This document shows, one piece after another, positions 11,330 through 26,158 of a stretch of 64,000 nt of DNA. Position 1 is the stretch's first letter. Each line of letters opens with the position of its first letter. Both the position numbers and the translations under genes were made by a program. The DNA comes from the human T2T-CHM13v2.0 reference genome, Homo sapiens. The stretch lies in NCBI RefSeq assembly GCF_009914755.1, contig NC_060947.1, one strand, 5' to 3'. The notes under the pieces are model-generated. The model did not search any database. It was given only the letters and a program-made list of their open reading frames with translations, and had not been told where the DNA came from.

Positions 11330-14010
11330 AATCATGGATGAAAGAAGAAATATTACTACCAGTCTTACAGAAATAAGAATTAAAGGGAATATTATGACCA
11401 ATTGTATGCCAATAAATTACATAACCTGATGAAATGGATAAAGTCCTAGAAAGACACAACCTACAGAAACTGACTCAAGAAGAAGTAGAAAATCTGAGAA
11501 GACCTATAACAAGAAAAAGATTTAATAAATAATTTCATTCAATCTTGAAAACTTCCCACATGGGAGAAAAAAAAAAAAAAAAAAAAAAAACCTCAGGACT
11601 AGATGGCTTCACTGGTGAATTCTACCAAACATTTAAAAAATAACTAACATCAATCTTTCACAAACCCTTCCAAATAACAAAAATATAGAAATCCTCAATA
11701 AAATACTAGCAAACCAAATCCAGCAACATATTAAAAACAAATTGCCCACCTTACCAGATGCGATTCCAGGAATGGAAGGTTGCTTCACATATGAAAATCA
11801 GTCCATGTAAATTACACCATATGAGTGAAATAAGGTTACAAAATCCCACATGATCATCTCAACAGGCACAGAAAAGGCATTTGCAAAATCCAACACCCTT
11901 TCATGATTAAAAAAAAAATACTAAACAAACTAGAAATAGAAGGGAACTTTTCTCCAAATAATAATGAACATTTATAAAAAATCCATAGTTAATATCATAT
12001 TTAATGGTGAAAGACTGAAGGCTTTCATCCTACAATCAAGAACAAGACAAGGATATTCACTTTCATCACTTTTATTCAACCTTATACTGAAGGTTCTAGC
12101 CAGAGCAATTGGACAAAAAAAGAAATAAAAGACATTGCATCAGAAAGAAGTAAAACTATCTCTAGTCACAGATCATATAACGTGATATACAGGAAATCAT
12201 AAGGAATCCACCAAAAAAAAACCTTTTATAATGAATAAATAAGTTCAGCAATGTTGCAGGATATAAAAATCAATTATGTTTCTATATACTAGCAATGAAC
12301 AATCTGAGAGTTAAATTAAGAAAATGATCACATTTAAATAGGAAAAGAAAGAATACATAGGAATAAATTTAACAAAAGAAGTGCAGTCTTATACAATGAA
12401 AACTGCAAAGCATTATTGAAAGAAAGTAAAGAAGAACTATATAGAAAAACCTCTCCTATTCATGGATTGGAAGATTTAATGGTGCTAATATAGCAATACT
12501 CCTCAGATTAATTCAGATTCAACGCAATACCTATCAAAATCTCACCTGGTGTCTGCAGAAAATTGAAAAACTGGTACTAAAACTCGTATGGAATTTCAAG
12601 GGACCTAGGATAACCAAAACAATTTTGAAAAAGGAGAATAAAGTTGGAGGACTCACACTTTCTGATTTCAAAACTTACTACAAACCTACAGTAATCAAGA
12701 GAATGGGGGACTGGCACAAGAATAGATATAAAGATCAATGAAATAAAACCAGGAGTCCAGAAATATATCCTACATTCATGCTGAATTGATATTTGTCAAA
12801 GGTGCCAGGATTATTCAAGGGGGAAAATATAGTTTTTTCAACAAATGGTGCTGGTACAACTGGATATCCACATGCAGGAGAATGAACTTTGGCTCCTACT
12901 TTACACTATACACAAAAATTAAATCAAAATGGATGAAATATCTGAATGGAATCAGATTATAAAAGTCATTAAAGAAAACATAGAGGAAAATCTGTAACAT
13001 TAGACAATAGTTTCTTAGATATGACACCTAGAACACAAGCAACCAAGCAAAAATAAAGTGGACTTCAACAAAATTAAAAACTTTGTGCTACAAATGATAC
13101 CATCAATAAAGTGAAAAGGCAACCCAGTAATGGGAAAAATATCTGCATATCATATATCTGATAAAGATGTAGTATTCAGAATATATGTAACTTAACAATA
13201 AAGTAACAACTCGCTTAAAAATGGGCAAAATATCTGAATAGACATTTCTCCAAAGAAGACATATAAATGGCCAATAAATACATGAAAAGATGCTCAATAT
13301 CATTAGCCATCTGAGAAATGCAAACCAAAACCATAAAAAGATACCACTTCACACGTCCTAGAATGGCTGTAATAATTTAAAAGGTCAATAACAAGTATTG
13401 ACGAGCATGTGAAGAAATTGGAACTCCCACGCACTGCTGGCAGGAATGTAAAATGGTAGAGCTGCTGTGGAAAATATTTTGGCAGTTCCTCAAAAAGTTA
13501 AGCATATAGTTACCATATGATTCAACAATTCCACTCGTAGGTGCGTACTCAAGAGAAATAAAAACACATGCTCACACAAATTCTTGTACACAAATGTTCA
13601 TAGTAGCATTATACATAACAACCAAAAGTAGAAACAACCCAAATGTTCATTAATTGATGAATGGATAAACCAAAATATGGCATAGTTATGTAATAGAATA
13701 CTATTATTATTGGAAAATTGCTAAGAAAGTACAGTTTTAAATGTTCTCACTACAAAAAATGATAAGTATGCGAGATGATGATATGTTAATCATTCCACAA
13801 TATGTGTATACATATATATATATCAAAACATTACATCCCCCAAATATATACAGTTTTATCTATTAAAAATGATTTTAAAAATATGTTCCAGAATTAGACA
13901 ATGGTGATGGTTATACAACTTTGTGAATATACTAAAACCCACTAAACTGTATACTTTAAAATGGTAAATTTTATGGTATGGAAATTATATCTCTATTAAA
14001 ATAAATACAT
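11330..14010 (+). mobile_element. Old 5'-truncated LINE-1 (L1M, ORF2 remnant plus 3' UTR), antisense to the gene
   Basis: Degenerate ORF2 motifs (gatggcttcactggtgaattctaccaaacattt, caaaatccaacaccctttcatga, ggaggactcacactttctgatttcaaaacttactac, ttcaacaaatggtgctgg) and L1M-type 3' ends; many stops and frameshifts. Confidence 0.92.
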
Positions 14011-14966
14011 AAAAAGCTAAAACTGTCTAGATAAGGTGAAATTTCCCCTGATTGTTCCTCATCCTAACCATATTCTACCTCTCCTGAGGAAACCATGGTT
14101 ATGGATTTTGTGTGAAATCCTTGTCAACCTCTCTCCTTGCATTTATATACCTATATGCATATTCCAATAGACTCACCATTGTTCCATATGATAAAGTGAT
14201 GATTACCCAGCCCTTGGTACAACCTCTTCAACATCTTTAGTAGCCCCTCCCTGCAAATGGATCAGTAGTTCTAAAAGAAAACTACCATAATATCCAGCCA
14301 GTAATTCCTTCATAAAGTCAATAAAGGCTCAAGGAGTGTCTTAGAAAGCCAGCCGGCCCCTGTCTCCAGCAGTGTAATATTTCTGAGAAGAGAATGGGTA
14401 AGCGGTATTGTCTAAATCTCACCTTGATATTTTCAAAGGCCAAATCTAATCAACCAGAGAGGAGTAAAAAGCAAGACATCCTTTGAGAAGGTGAGGGGTT
14501 ATTGCCAGTCTTATTGAACAATAGACTCTCAGAGCTATAGAATCAGTTTATAAAGGAAATGGAAGGTGGACTAGTCCATGCCACCCCTTGCTCCCCAATC
14601 AATACATAAACTCCCTTGACAACATACCCTGCCAGCAATTGCACAGCCTATCTGCTTGAACACAACGAATGATGAGATTACTGTCTCCCAAGGCAGCCCT
14701 TTCCTTTTTCAGATAATTCTAATCATTCTAATCATGAGCTCTGTCTCTGTCTGAATAAAGTTGCCAGCCAAAAATCTCAGCAAACACTACAAAAGGGCAA
14801 AACACAGATAAAGGAGAGATTGGAGGGAACGTGAACTCTTCAATAACAAAGGTCACCAAAAGGCCTTTTCTCTGCCACCACAGTGAAGCAATGGTGAAGT
14901 GTGGATACAAAGGTGAATGTGAGGGACTGAGAGGAACCTGGTTAGTTGCAAGCAGAGCTCCCACTT

Positions 14967-14972
<6 letters not shown>

Positions 14973-15003
<31 letters not shown>
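14973..15003. repeat. (CA)n microsatellite
   Basis: Directly visible. Confidence 0.97.
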
Positions 15004-15005
<2 letters not shown>

Positions 15006-15789
15006 AGTTTTGGAGCCCCAGTCTCAGCTTTCAGGAGGATCAGAAGTGCTTAGGGATTCCTGAATGTGCATGCCAGGAAGCACTTAGCATTCCTGCCTGG
15101 CACAAAGACAATCAGCACGGTATGTACAGTCAGACACAGAAACTACTCCTCTACCCCTCAAGGGAAGATTTAATAACTCTCACTAATTATATGAAGTATC
15201 ATAATAAGAAGGCTGCTAACAAATTGTTCTCCCTCTCCAGCACCAACACAATGAGAAATAAGGAGCTTCAACCAGAGCAATGAAAATTTTTGTTATATAA
15301 CAGACAAAAAGAGAAAAAGAAAAGACCTGTGTGAATATACTGTTTTTGCATTCATGGCTTCCCATCAGCACATTAAAATGGGACCGACCCACCGAGTTTC
15401 ACTGCTCTTCAACACAGACGTGTGACCTCAGGCAAGCTACCCTTCCCATTCATTCCAACACATTCTGTTTATTCACACCTCTGTACCTTGTATCCTTCTA
15501 AAGCCTGCCCCCTACTCCTTCTTCAGGAAGGCCTTCCCTACTCTTTTCTATCATTCTTCTTTTGTCCCTGGCTTCTCTGAAAACCTAGTTCAAGAACAGT
15601 GTCTTCCCACGAACTCTCTTACTTGGACTTCAAAACAGCCCTGCAAGGCAGGCAAGCAAACCTTTTTATTTCCATTTCCCAGATGAGAAATCCAAGGCCA
15701 GACAGGGGGATGCATCAAAGTGGCAGTCAGGATTGAAGCAAAGTCTCTGGACTCTTAGGCCAAAATTAGGAGAGACAGTCTGTGACAGT

Positions 15790-16020
15790 GGTAAAGGGTG
15801 AAGACTCGGGATCCTGATTTCAAATCCTGGCTCTACAACTACCTCTGAGTAACACAGAGTAAGCAACTTTAAGTTTTCTGATCCTCAGTTTCCTTACCTC
15901 TGAAATAGAAATAATATCTATCTATCTCATGGGGCTGTTGTGAGGATTAAATAAGGTAGTTTATTTAATCCTTATTAAACTGTGCATGTAAAACAGTTTC
16001 TAGCACAGAGTCAAATATTA
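15790..16020 (+). mobile_element. MIR SINE
   Basis: ttcaaatcctggctctac...cctcagtttccttacctctgaaatagaaataat...gttgtgaggattaaa. Confidence 0.7.
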
Positions 16021-17079
16021 GCTGTTCTTGTTATTATCCCCTAGGTTGGCATCATCTGCCCCTAGAACAATGAAGCAACATATGAGAAACATTGTCCTCT
16101 CTAGTCAGGGAAGAGTTTTAGGAAGTACTTTTGTAATTGCTTTGCAATTGTCCCAAATTTCTTATACCCCAAATGCCACCTCCTTGACAACCAGACTCAA
16201 AAACCCTTCCCAACGAATGGAGACTTACTTAGTCGAGGCTGGAGGTATTGATGATTTCTGCCCATGACAAGGCTTCTTAAAGTGAGAACTCAAGCTAGAA
16301 TGGGGGTGGATTGGAGTGTAGGGAAACCCTTCACAGATAACATAGCTTCCTTCCCAGTCAAGAAAACTAGATGCCTCTAATAAGAACTACACTCCACTCT
16401 ACCCCTAAGTCTTCTCCTTTCATTGGTTTTCATGGAATTATCCTGCTTAGACGTTGATAGAATTTAGGTTAATTAGTTAAGTAGCCAAAAAAGGAGTGCT
16501 CTGCCAGGACCTTTAGAAGTTCATTTATTCTGTATTTCCTTTGATTTTCTTTCTATTTGAGCTAAAATGAAGAGAAGACTTCCATTTAAGCTATTCAGAT
16601 ATGGAAGTACCGATTTCATGATGAAAGCCACGCTAAGCAGAATGCTGAAATCAAGCTGACCTGAGTTACCCATCTCACAGAAAGCTTGCAATTATTTGAC
16701 AGACATTTAGAAAAGAAAAAAAAAAAACACTTCAGGATGGTGATGTGGCAAACACTGGCTTTGGAGTTGGAATGTGATCTTGTTTGGGCTATGCCATTTA
16801 CTAACAAGTTAAAGGCAAGTCTGGCAGGGTCTCATTTACTTTCTGATCCTCCAGGATAGTACCAATGCCTTAGATGACACCTGTTCCCTATTGAGGCTTT
16901 TCCCGCAACATCTGTCTTATGTTTTTTACTCCTTTTAGCCTGTATCCAGGCTGATGTAGTCTCCTATAGCTACTGAAGTCATATGCCTCTTCCTGACCTC
17001 AGTTCCTATGAATTTAATCCCTTCCCTAACTATCCTGTATTTTCTACCTGCTAACATTTGTACAAAACATTATACCATC

Positions 17080-17270
17080 TACAGACTGAGAGGAGAGAGG
17101 AGTGAGGAATGAGTGTGAATGGGTATGGAGTTCTTTTTGTGGTGATAAAAAAGTTCTGGAATGAGATAGTGGTGATGGTTGTACAACATTGCAAATGCAT
17201 TGAATTGTATACTTTAAAATGATTGAAATGGGGAAGGTGATGTTATGTTTATTTTACCTCAACTAAAACA
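17080..17270 (+). mobile_element. L1M 3'-end fragment
   Basis: ggtgataaaaaagttctggaatgagatagtggtgatggttgtacaacattg...tgtatactttaaaat. Confidence 0.75.
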
Positions 17271-17275
17271 AGATT

Positions 17276-17583
<308 letters not shown>

Positions 17584-20500
17584 AATTATGGAGAATGGGC
17601 TAGAAAAGTTCTTGGAGTATATCTGTTCCAACCCCTCCATCTTTCAGGGGAGAAAAGTGAGATTTGGCAAAGGTAAAGAACTTGACTAAAGTGACAGAGC
17701 TTTGGCAAATCACCTCCCTTATGCATAAGTTTTCACATCTACTATCAGACTCTTAGAGGATGGGCTGAAGTTCTAGAGTACCTCTGTATCTTCTCAGTAG
17801 CCATTTGATGATCATCTGTTGGGTGAATGAATTTTTATTAAGTCCTTCATTCTACAAATTAAGAAACCATTTTCACTGCATACTCCCTGCCTCTGGATAC
17901 CTGGTCACCATGCTTTACCTGCTTATTGAAGCACACTAAACAACCTGACGTTGGACCAATAATACCAGTCACTTGTCATGACAACAAACCACCCTCTGTC
18001 TGCTGCCTACTGATGCTACACTCTACCTACTGGGCTGGACTTTCTCCCAATATTTTCAGTTGGGAGGGACCTTACCCACTGCGCACACACTCTCAGCCTA
18101 TCCCAACCCACAAGGGAAAGTGAACCTCTAGGACCTGCCCCAAATTCAAGTTCATCTGGCTGCACTGTTTTTCAGGGCTACTGCTGGCCCTGTCCCGTAT
18201 ATAGCATCTTTATTAAATGTACGCTTAACAGTAAGCTATGCTTACTTTATATAAATATGGGAATGAGTCCATCGCACACATGGCACATGGCATTCAGGGC
18301 CAAGCTCTACTGAGCAGCAATGTCAATAACTGTACTACCTTAATAAGCTTATCAAAACAAAGAGTTGGACCAATGGGCAGAATGTTCAGGTCTATTATTA
18401 TGGCTTTTTTCCCCAGTATATTTTAAAAAGAAGTTTTTCAATCCATTCTTGGGTTCCTACATATAACACAATGTTCCACCATTTATTTGTTCCTAAATGG
18501 AAGCTAACTGCTGATGTATGGCCCCAGTAACATTATTATGCCTCTTGGTAGAGGTCAGAACAGCCAAGAAAGAACATTGTCCAATTACATGTTCAGCAGG
18601 GTCATTAGTTGTAATATCATTCCTATTAGTCTTGAAAGCCTGGCAGTGTCAGCATGTCCAGGCCTCCATGTAGCCCATGTTCTCATACAAGTGGCTGAAT
18701 GGAGTGGGCCTTGCATGCCCGGATGGCCTCAGTCTAGCCACTCACACATAGCAGCAACAAGAAACTGATTCATCCAAATAATGGCTAAAAGGTGAAAGCT
18801 CAGAAGCCTGGAGGACAGGAGAGGCTTGGCTGACCTGGTCTGAGGTTTCAGATCTCTGATGGGCTATAGACAGAGTGGAGAGTCAGTATATTCCAAGAGG
18901 GTTTGAGAGAGGAGCAGGGAAAAATGAGGACATTATTTCTACCATTTACATTAAGAGTTTGCTGCAAGTATTACCAGTATTATTATTGAGTGTTTCCTAT
19001 GTGTCAGATCCCATTGTCAGTGCTCTTCCTGTATTTTGTTTAGTTCTCCTGACAACTTAATGAGATAGGTGTTGTTATATCCTCAATTTAATGATGAGAT
19101 CACTGAAGCATACAATGGCCACTTTGCTAATAAATGGAAAGGCTCTGATTCTAATCCAGAAAGATTATCTCCAGAGCCAGTTCTCTTGGACATTTACACC
19201 CTTCCCATGAGTAGAAGCTCCAGAAAGACAGATTCTAGTTCAACTTAAGGACAAACTATTTCAGATCTGTCCTGAGGTATAACTGGTGGCCTGAAGAGGT
19301 ATGGAGCTGTCAGTTTTCACTTCTGAAAACTAAAAAAAGAGACCAACCCACTTCTGAGTATTGTTTCTCTAGTGACCCTCTAATATAGAGGACAACAGAC
19401 CTCTCAAGATGCCAGATACCCTTAGTACTTGTCTAGACCACTCCAGGAGGTGGCTGTTGCTAAGTGCTAGACAGTCACTTTTGTTCAGGACTTAGTAAAT
19501 ACTGGTGAGAAGATATTAATAGCACTAGAGCCATGTAAAGATAAGTGGTTTCACTCTTACTCATAATGATAAATATACTGATGAAAAAAGAAAATATATA
19601 TATACAAGTATGATGATTTTCCAAAAATGTTGTACTTTACAAAGAGCCACAGAAACAGACCTCATCTCCAGGTACTCAGTCATGGTCCTCCTCTCCTCAA
19701 GTCATCACACCACCAAGGCAGTATATACACGATGCTAGGAAGGTCTAAGCTAATCCCCAAATAAACCCGGGGGTTGATTACACAGAGAAAAACAGGTGCC
19801 AGGCCCAAGATCATAGCCTCAACTCAGGCAGCCAACCAGGTTACAAATCCATGCTATGGGTCAACAATAGGGCCTTGGAAAGCCCCAGAGCCAAGAAAAC
19901 CATTCAGAATGTCTCCTACTGGTGTCAACTCTTAAATACCATCTTCCTATTGAAAAAAGCAACATGTTTCAAGAAATTGGCTCAGACTACAGCATAAGGG
20001 CTAGTAGCTGGAAATAACAGAGTAGTTCAAGCTTGGTTTACAGATGCTGGCCAGGTTCTCAAAAGCCCAGGGTAATTTTAGCTCTGGTCCTGCCTGGAGG
20101 CTGAGGGATAGGCTATATGACTCTCAAGGTTGCTTTCAACTTGGGATTTCTATGAGGGTGACCTGTGCTACCTAATTTGGAGGAATCATCTGGGTGATGT
20201 AACAGCTACATTTAAGATTCTCTCTGAGCTGAAGAGGTCTCCATATTAAAAGAAAAAAATAAAAAACCTCCAATTAGCCAAATGATGTACTAGATGATGT
20301 AATCCAAAAAATGTGCATAGTGAGAAGCCATTAAGATGGATTATGTGAATGCAAATGAGTTATAATAATGTCATTTGAAATTCTAGTACAGGGGAGAGAA
20401 ATAGCCATAATCCAGGGAGAAAGACTCTCCCTGTTAATGTCAGCCTAAACTCACAACCTATAATGTGTTACCTCTAGGGCCACAAGCAAGACCTTCTACA

Positions 20501-20699
20501 TAAATGATATAAATGTTTAAGACTAGAGACTTATGAACACTTTGAAGCTTGAATGGATAAACAAGGGTTGGTATAGTGAAACTCCTCTCAAGAACGCAAA
20601 AACACTATTGCCTTTAGTCTGGAATGGAAGGTAAGTCCTCAAGTGTTAACAGTCTTGTTAGCAGCCCAAGCCTGCCCTTTCTTGATTATGCTATAGGCC

Positions 20700-21860
20700 A
20701 GAAAGCACAGGATTAAGATTCAGAAGGGGACAACATCACTAAAAGTGGTGGAGCAGGGCACACAAAGAATCAGTTCTTCCACTGAAACAACCTTAAACTG
20801 GCAATGAATGACAGAACACATTGTTTTGGAACTCTAGAATCTAATCCAAAACTTGCAGCAACTTACAGGGGACTGTGTAATGCAGAAAAGGGCAGCAAAA
20901 ATTTGGTAAGAGAGCATTGAAGCACTTTTGCTTATCCTCTTACCATTCCCCATTCCCCAGTGGCTGAGGTGACAGTGGCCCACATTCCTGGTGTGGCTTG
21001 CTGGTGCCAGGAGATAATGACCTTGTTCTTTACAATATTGTAGCTGTGCATTTTGACCTTTTTGGCACTGAGGGACTAGCACAGAGGTTGACCTCTGGCT
21101 GGAGAGGCTTTCCAGGCTGTGGCTGCCTTTGTTGAAAGATTTAAAGACATACACTGCTCATGCCCACTTGGGACAAGGGATTGTGGACAGGACAAATAGC
21201 AAACACATGCAATAGCACAGGAAGGAGGAAGCTAAAAAGGAAGTTTCTTTGGGGAATAAGGATTCATAAGGGCCACCATGCATACCAGGGAAGTCACACT
21301 ATAACACGCATGCCCAGGACCAGATGCATGCTCAGAAAAAAACCTCAGAGGACCATAGGCTTATATTTCTGGAGGATGTGTGATCTACATACAAACAGGA
21401 GGAGAAGGCTGAGACAGAAGAGTTGATGACCTGGCACAGTCTCAAGTGGGTACTCCAGCTCAGAGTCAAGCTACAAAAACCAGGAAAGTAGTATTGTTTG
21501 TTTCTTCTTGGATCCAGATGTTTAAAGAAATGTCAGGTTATTGGCTGACCAATGAGATAAAAGAACAGAGACTTCAGTGACCATATATAACAAGAATACG
21601 GTCTTGCAAAAATAGTTGGAAAAAGTCACTAAACAAATGGACAACCACAGCCCTCAACAATCAACAGTAGAAAACCCTGGGGAGAGAAGAAAATCTGATT
21701 TCTAGAGTTACCACATTATAATATTGAAAATGCCAAGTTTTCAACAAAAAATTGCAAGGCCTACAAGAAAACAGGAACATGTGACCTATTCACAGGAAAA
21801 AAATAATTTGGCAGAAAACATACCAAAGGAAGCCAAGACATTAAACTTATTAGACAAAGA
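20700..21860 (+). mobile_element. Old L1M 5'/ORF1-region fragment
   Basis: aaaaagtcactaaacaaatggacaaccacagccctcaac and agttttcaacaaaaaattgcaaggc...aaacaggaa resemble L1M 5' regions. Confidence 0.55.
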
Positions 21861-24800
21861 CTGTCTAGTAAAATTGTCTTAAGATTCAGGAGGCCTGGGT
21901 TCAAGTCCTGGCTTTGCCACTAATTCCCTACATGAGAAAGCAAGTCATTTCCATTTTCTGGGCCCATGTTGCCTCAGTATTTATACAACGTGGAGGTAGG
22001 GTGACCAATGGCAACAAGCTGGGTCCTTGGGAGATAATTTATCCTACAGATGTGTTTTGTTTGACTCTCACTGTGCTTCTTTAAAAATATGAATTCCTCA
22101 TTAACATTTTTTTAAATATAAAGAGTTTTACATAAAAATCCAATTCCCGGCTTTTCTTGAAATACTAGAAGATCTGGCCCCTCTGGGCTTTCCTCTCCAC
22201 TATATCCCACTCTAATGATGGGAACCATCCAAGTCACTTTTGCTGTCTTTAGATGGGGCATGGATCTCCCAGTTGGACACAGGTGCCCACTTACCCCTTG
22301 TCTCAATTTGTTTCACTCACTTAATTGGCCCCTGTAAGCATCTAAGTTGGCCACTCTTGGCTAAGATGGTTATTTTCAGTTCTAAATCTACAGTGAATCT
22401 AGGGTTTCATAGAGGTGAAAAGCTTTTCCCAAGTATCTCTTTTTGCAGCCAAAAAGAGATAATACATAAATAAAAGCCAGGTCACACTCTGGAACAATGG
22501 GCTTTCCTTTGAAAAGGAAAAGTTGGGTTTCCATGACATCTGGTCTGTAGAAAGCCAAGAAATGATGGTAATGATTGGCTTAGGTGATCCTTTCATCTCC
22601 ATACTTCCAAGCAGGCCAGAAACCAGAGAAATAAAGAATTTGAAAGAACAAGAAAAGTATATATCCAGCTCCTGATGACACCTCAGCAAGCTCTTTACTT
22701 TCTGACCAAACCCATGCCTTGTCACACGAGCCTCACCTCCCATCAGTAACAGGTTGTCATGTGTCCTGTCCACAACCTACCCTTAATTAGGCAGCAAGCT
22801 CTCCTCAGGCCATGGCCCAAAGTCAGAAAAAAAAGGTTCATTTTGTGCACAGTGACAAAGGAAAAGAGCCTGAATGACTTGAAGTTAGGGTCTATTAGAC
22901 AAAAGGAGGCCCACCACAGAGGTGGGATTTGCTACTTAGAGACACAATCATATCCTAGCAGTCTACCCTTAGCTCCTAGCAGGGAAACCAGCCCAGGAAA
23001 ACAGCTGACGATGTCGACAACTAGATATGAGGACTGATGTTCAGCAAGTTTAATTCATTTAACCTTACCAACTACTGGGAAGGTATATCAGCTCCTACAT
23101 TGCTCTTGTGAAGCCATATCCCCAGTACAGAAAGGAAAGAACCTGAGAACACACACACACACATATACACACACATAAGCACATACAAGTATGAAATTCT
23201 GAACAACAGAGGAGACAGGTGTGAATAGGTCAAGACACATATACCTGGTAAGTTCCTGTACAGTGGCTAAATGGTATTATAATTCCTCTTTACAAGTATC
23301 CAGCATATCACAGGTAACAAAGCATTTTTACAAGACTGAATTGTCCCCATTTTACAAGGAAGAAAACTGATATTTGAAGATGCATAGGAAGCTGCTCAAG
23401 TTGCATTTCTAATAATAGAACTGAGGCAAGCATCTGGGTTTCCCAGACTGCAGGTTGGGTTTTAATGTGTAACAACAGGTAGGGCTAACTTGAACAGAAC
23501 CACACTAACCACCCTTGATTATCCATCCTAGGGTTCAAATGTCAGCAATGAGACTTCCAGGTAGGGAATGAAGATACCTCACCATGTCAGTTACCAATTT
23601 AGTCAAATGATCTTATTTTACTAGCCTGGAGGCTGGGTGTTAGTGTTTTTGTTTGTTTGGGTTCTTCTTGTTGTTTTTTGTTTTTTTTTTTTTTTTGTGC
23701 TACTGAAGTGATTCTGTTGTATAGCCAGGGTTGAGAACCACTTGAGCTAGACTCTGGCTGCTGGGGCTTTGTTCCTGTAGGAACACTCCTCCCGGCCTTG
23801 GACTTAGGGGCATTAATGGCTGCCCACTGATATTCTGAAGTCTGGCTCTGTCATTTGCTTCCCTGAGCCATCCTGGCTTGCTCAATCATTTCCCCCCATC
23901 CTTGGATTTACTATTTATTATAAAAGTAACATTTCCTTGAAAATGAAATGCATTTGGATTTGGGTGACATCATCATTTGGTACAGTTTAATCCTTCTTTT
24001 AAAGAGGGAGGTCTGTAAGCACAAGACATACCAGCTGTATGCGTACAGGGCCTCACATTAGTCCTGAAGGTCTGTGGTTATTGATACGCTTTTTCTGACT
24101 ATCCCTGGGACTGATTCTTTAACCAGCAAAGATGAGATGGGACACAGATGGCATTTGCAGACTCTGACTGAAGAGAAGAAAAGATTGGATATTTCATTAG
24201 AAGATTCTCATGATAGAAGGGAATGAGAGGTAATTTTGTCCATTCCTCTGCTTCTAGGCAGTGCCCTCACCTAAACTGTCCCAACCAGGTAACAATACTT
24301 TCTGGATTTTTTACCTTGAGGAAGGAGGCCTCTATCAACCTCAAGGGAAGCCTTGATACATGGACCTTCTTGGAGCTAAAAAGGTAGTGGTGATGATTAT
24401 AATTATGATGATAATCATAAAATAAGTTACCATTTGCTAAGTTCCTAATATCTGTCTAGCACTGTGCTAGACACCTTATTGGCATGTATGATCTAATTCC
24501 TTATAAAAAGTCTGTTATCCCTATTTTTCAGATGAGGAAATCAGGGCTCAGGGAAGTTAAAAATCTTACCAAAAGCTATAGAGCTAGAAGGTAGTAAAAC
24601 TGTATCTAGAGTTTTCTAACTCCAAATGCCCTGTTCCTTTCTTTATATCACATTGCCATAATTCTAATATTGGGGCCCTTCAACCTCTAGGAGCCCTAGC
24701 TAGCCCTTCTGACCTTTTGTTTGGGGTCTAGAAGACTTCAGCCTAATTTTACAGGAGAAACTAACAAAACGTGATAGGCTGTCGTAAGGATAGTTATAAG

Positions 24801-25639
24801 ACACCCTCATGTAGCTTCAGTACTTGTCTTGCCACAAAGCAGTTTTCGCATGTTTTATCTCATTCACTGTGACATGCCCTGGCATTAAAGAACTGTCAAG
24901 ACCATTGTGCAGATGAGGAAAATCAGAGCTCAAAATAGTCAAATAGCTGATTCCAGCTCACAATTCCAAGAAAAAATAAGAGCTGAGACACCTAACCAAT
25001 GTTATTCTCCCATAGCACCCTGAGGTCATAAGCACATTGGGATCACTTCCTTTACAGTGACCCAGAAAAAGCAAAAACTGCTGAGAAATTCCTCCCAAGA
25101 GCCTCTCTGTTAAGGGCCAGGTTCTTCATGGTACAATGTCAAAGAGGCAGAAGGCTTGCAAGACCTTACATGCCACTTGCTTCCCACCCCCAGCACATTT
25201 AGATCCCAGCCACTTGATTCTCTTGAAAAAAGTAAAATTTGATATCAGTAAGCTCTAGCGCCTGGGGGGCAGGGAGCTCACACTCTTATATTAACATCTG
25301 AATACACAGTGACAACACACAGGGGTGTGAGAGGCAAAGAAGTAGACAGGAAGGAGAGAAGAGCAGAGGAGCAAGAGGAGGAGATGGGAAGAAACTACGA
25401 GAAGAAAGAATAAAAAAAAGATGAGAAATAGAAAGCAGAAAAAAGAGAGATAAGAAAGACAAAAGTTCACAGCAATATAGGGTTAAAAAGTCTTATTCAA
25501 AAACCACCAAGGCCAACCCCAAAAGAGGAAACCAAGACCCAGACAAGGTAAGTGATTTGTACAAAGGTGGGAGGTGGTGGGGCGGGGGTGTTAAACAAGA
25601 GACAAATGAAAAGTCTAAAAATTAAAAGGGCACAGATTA

Positions 25640-26158
<519 letters not shown>

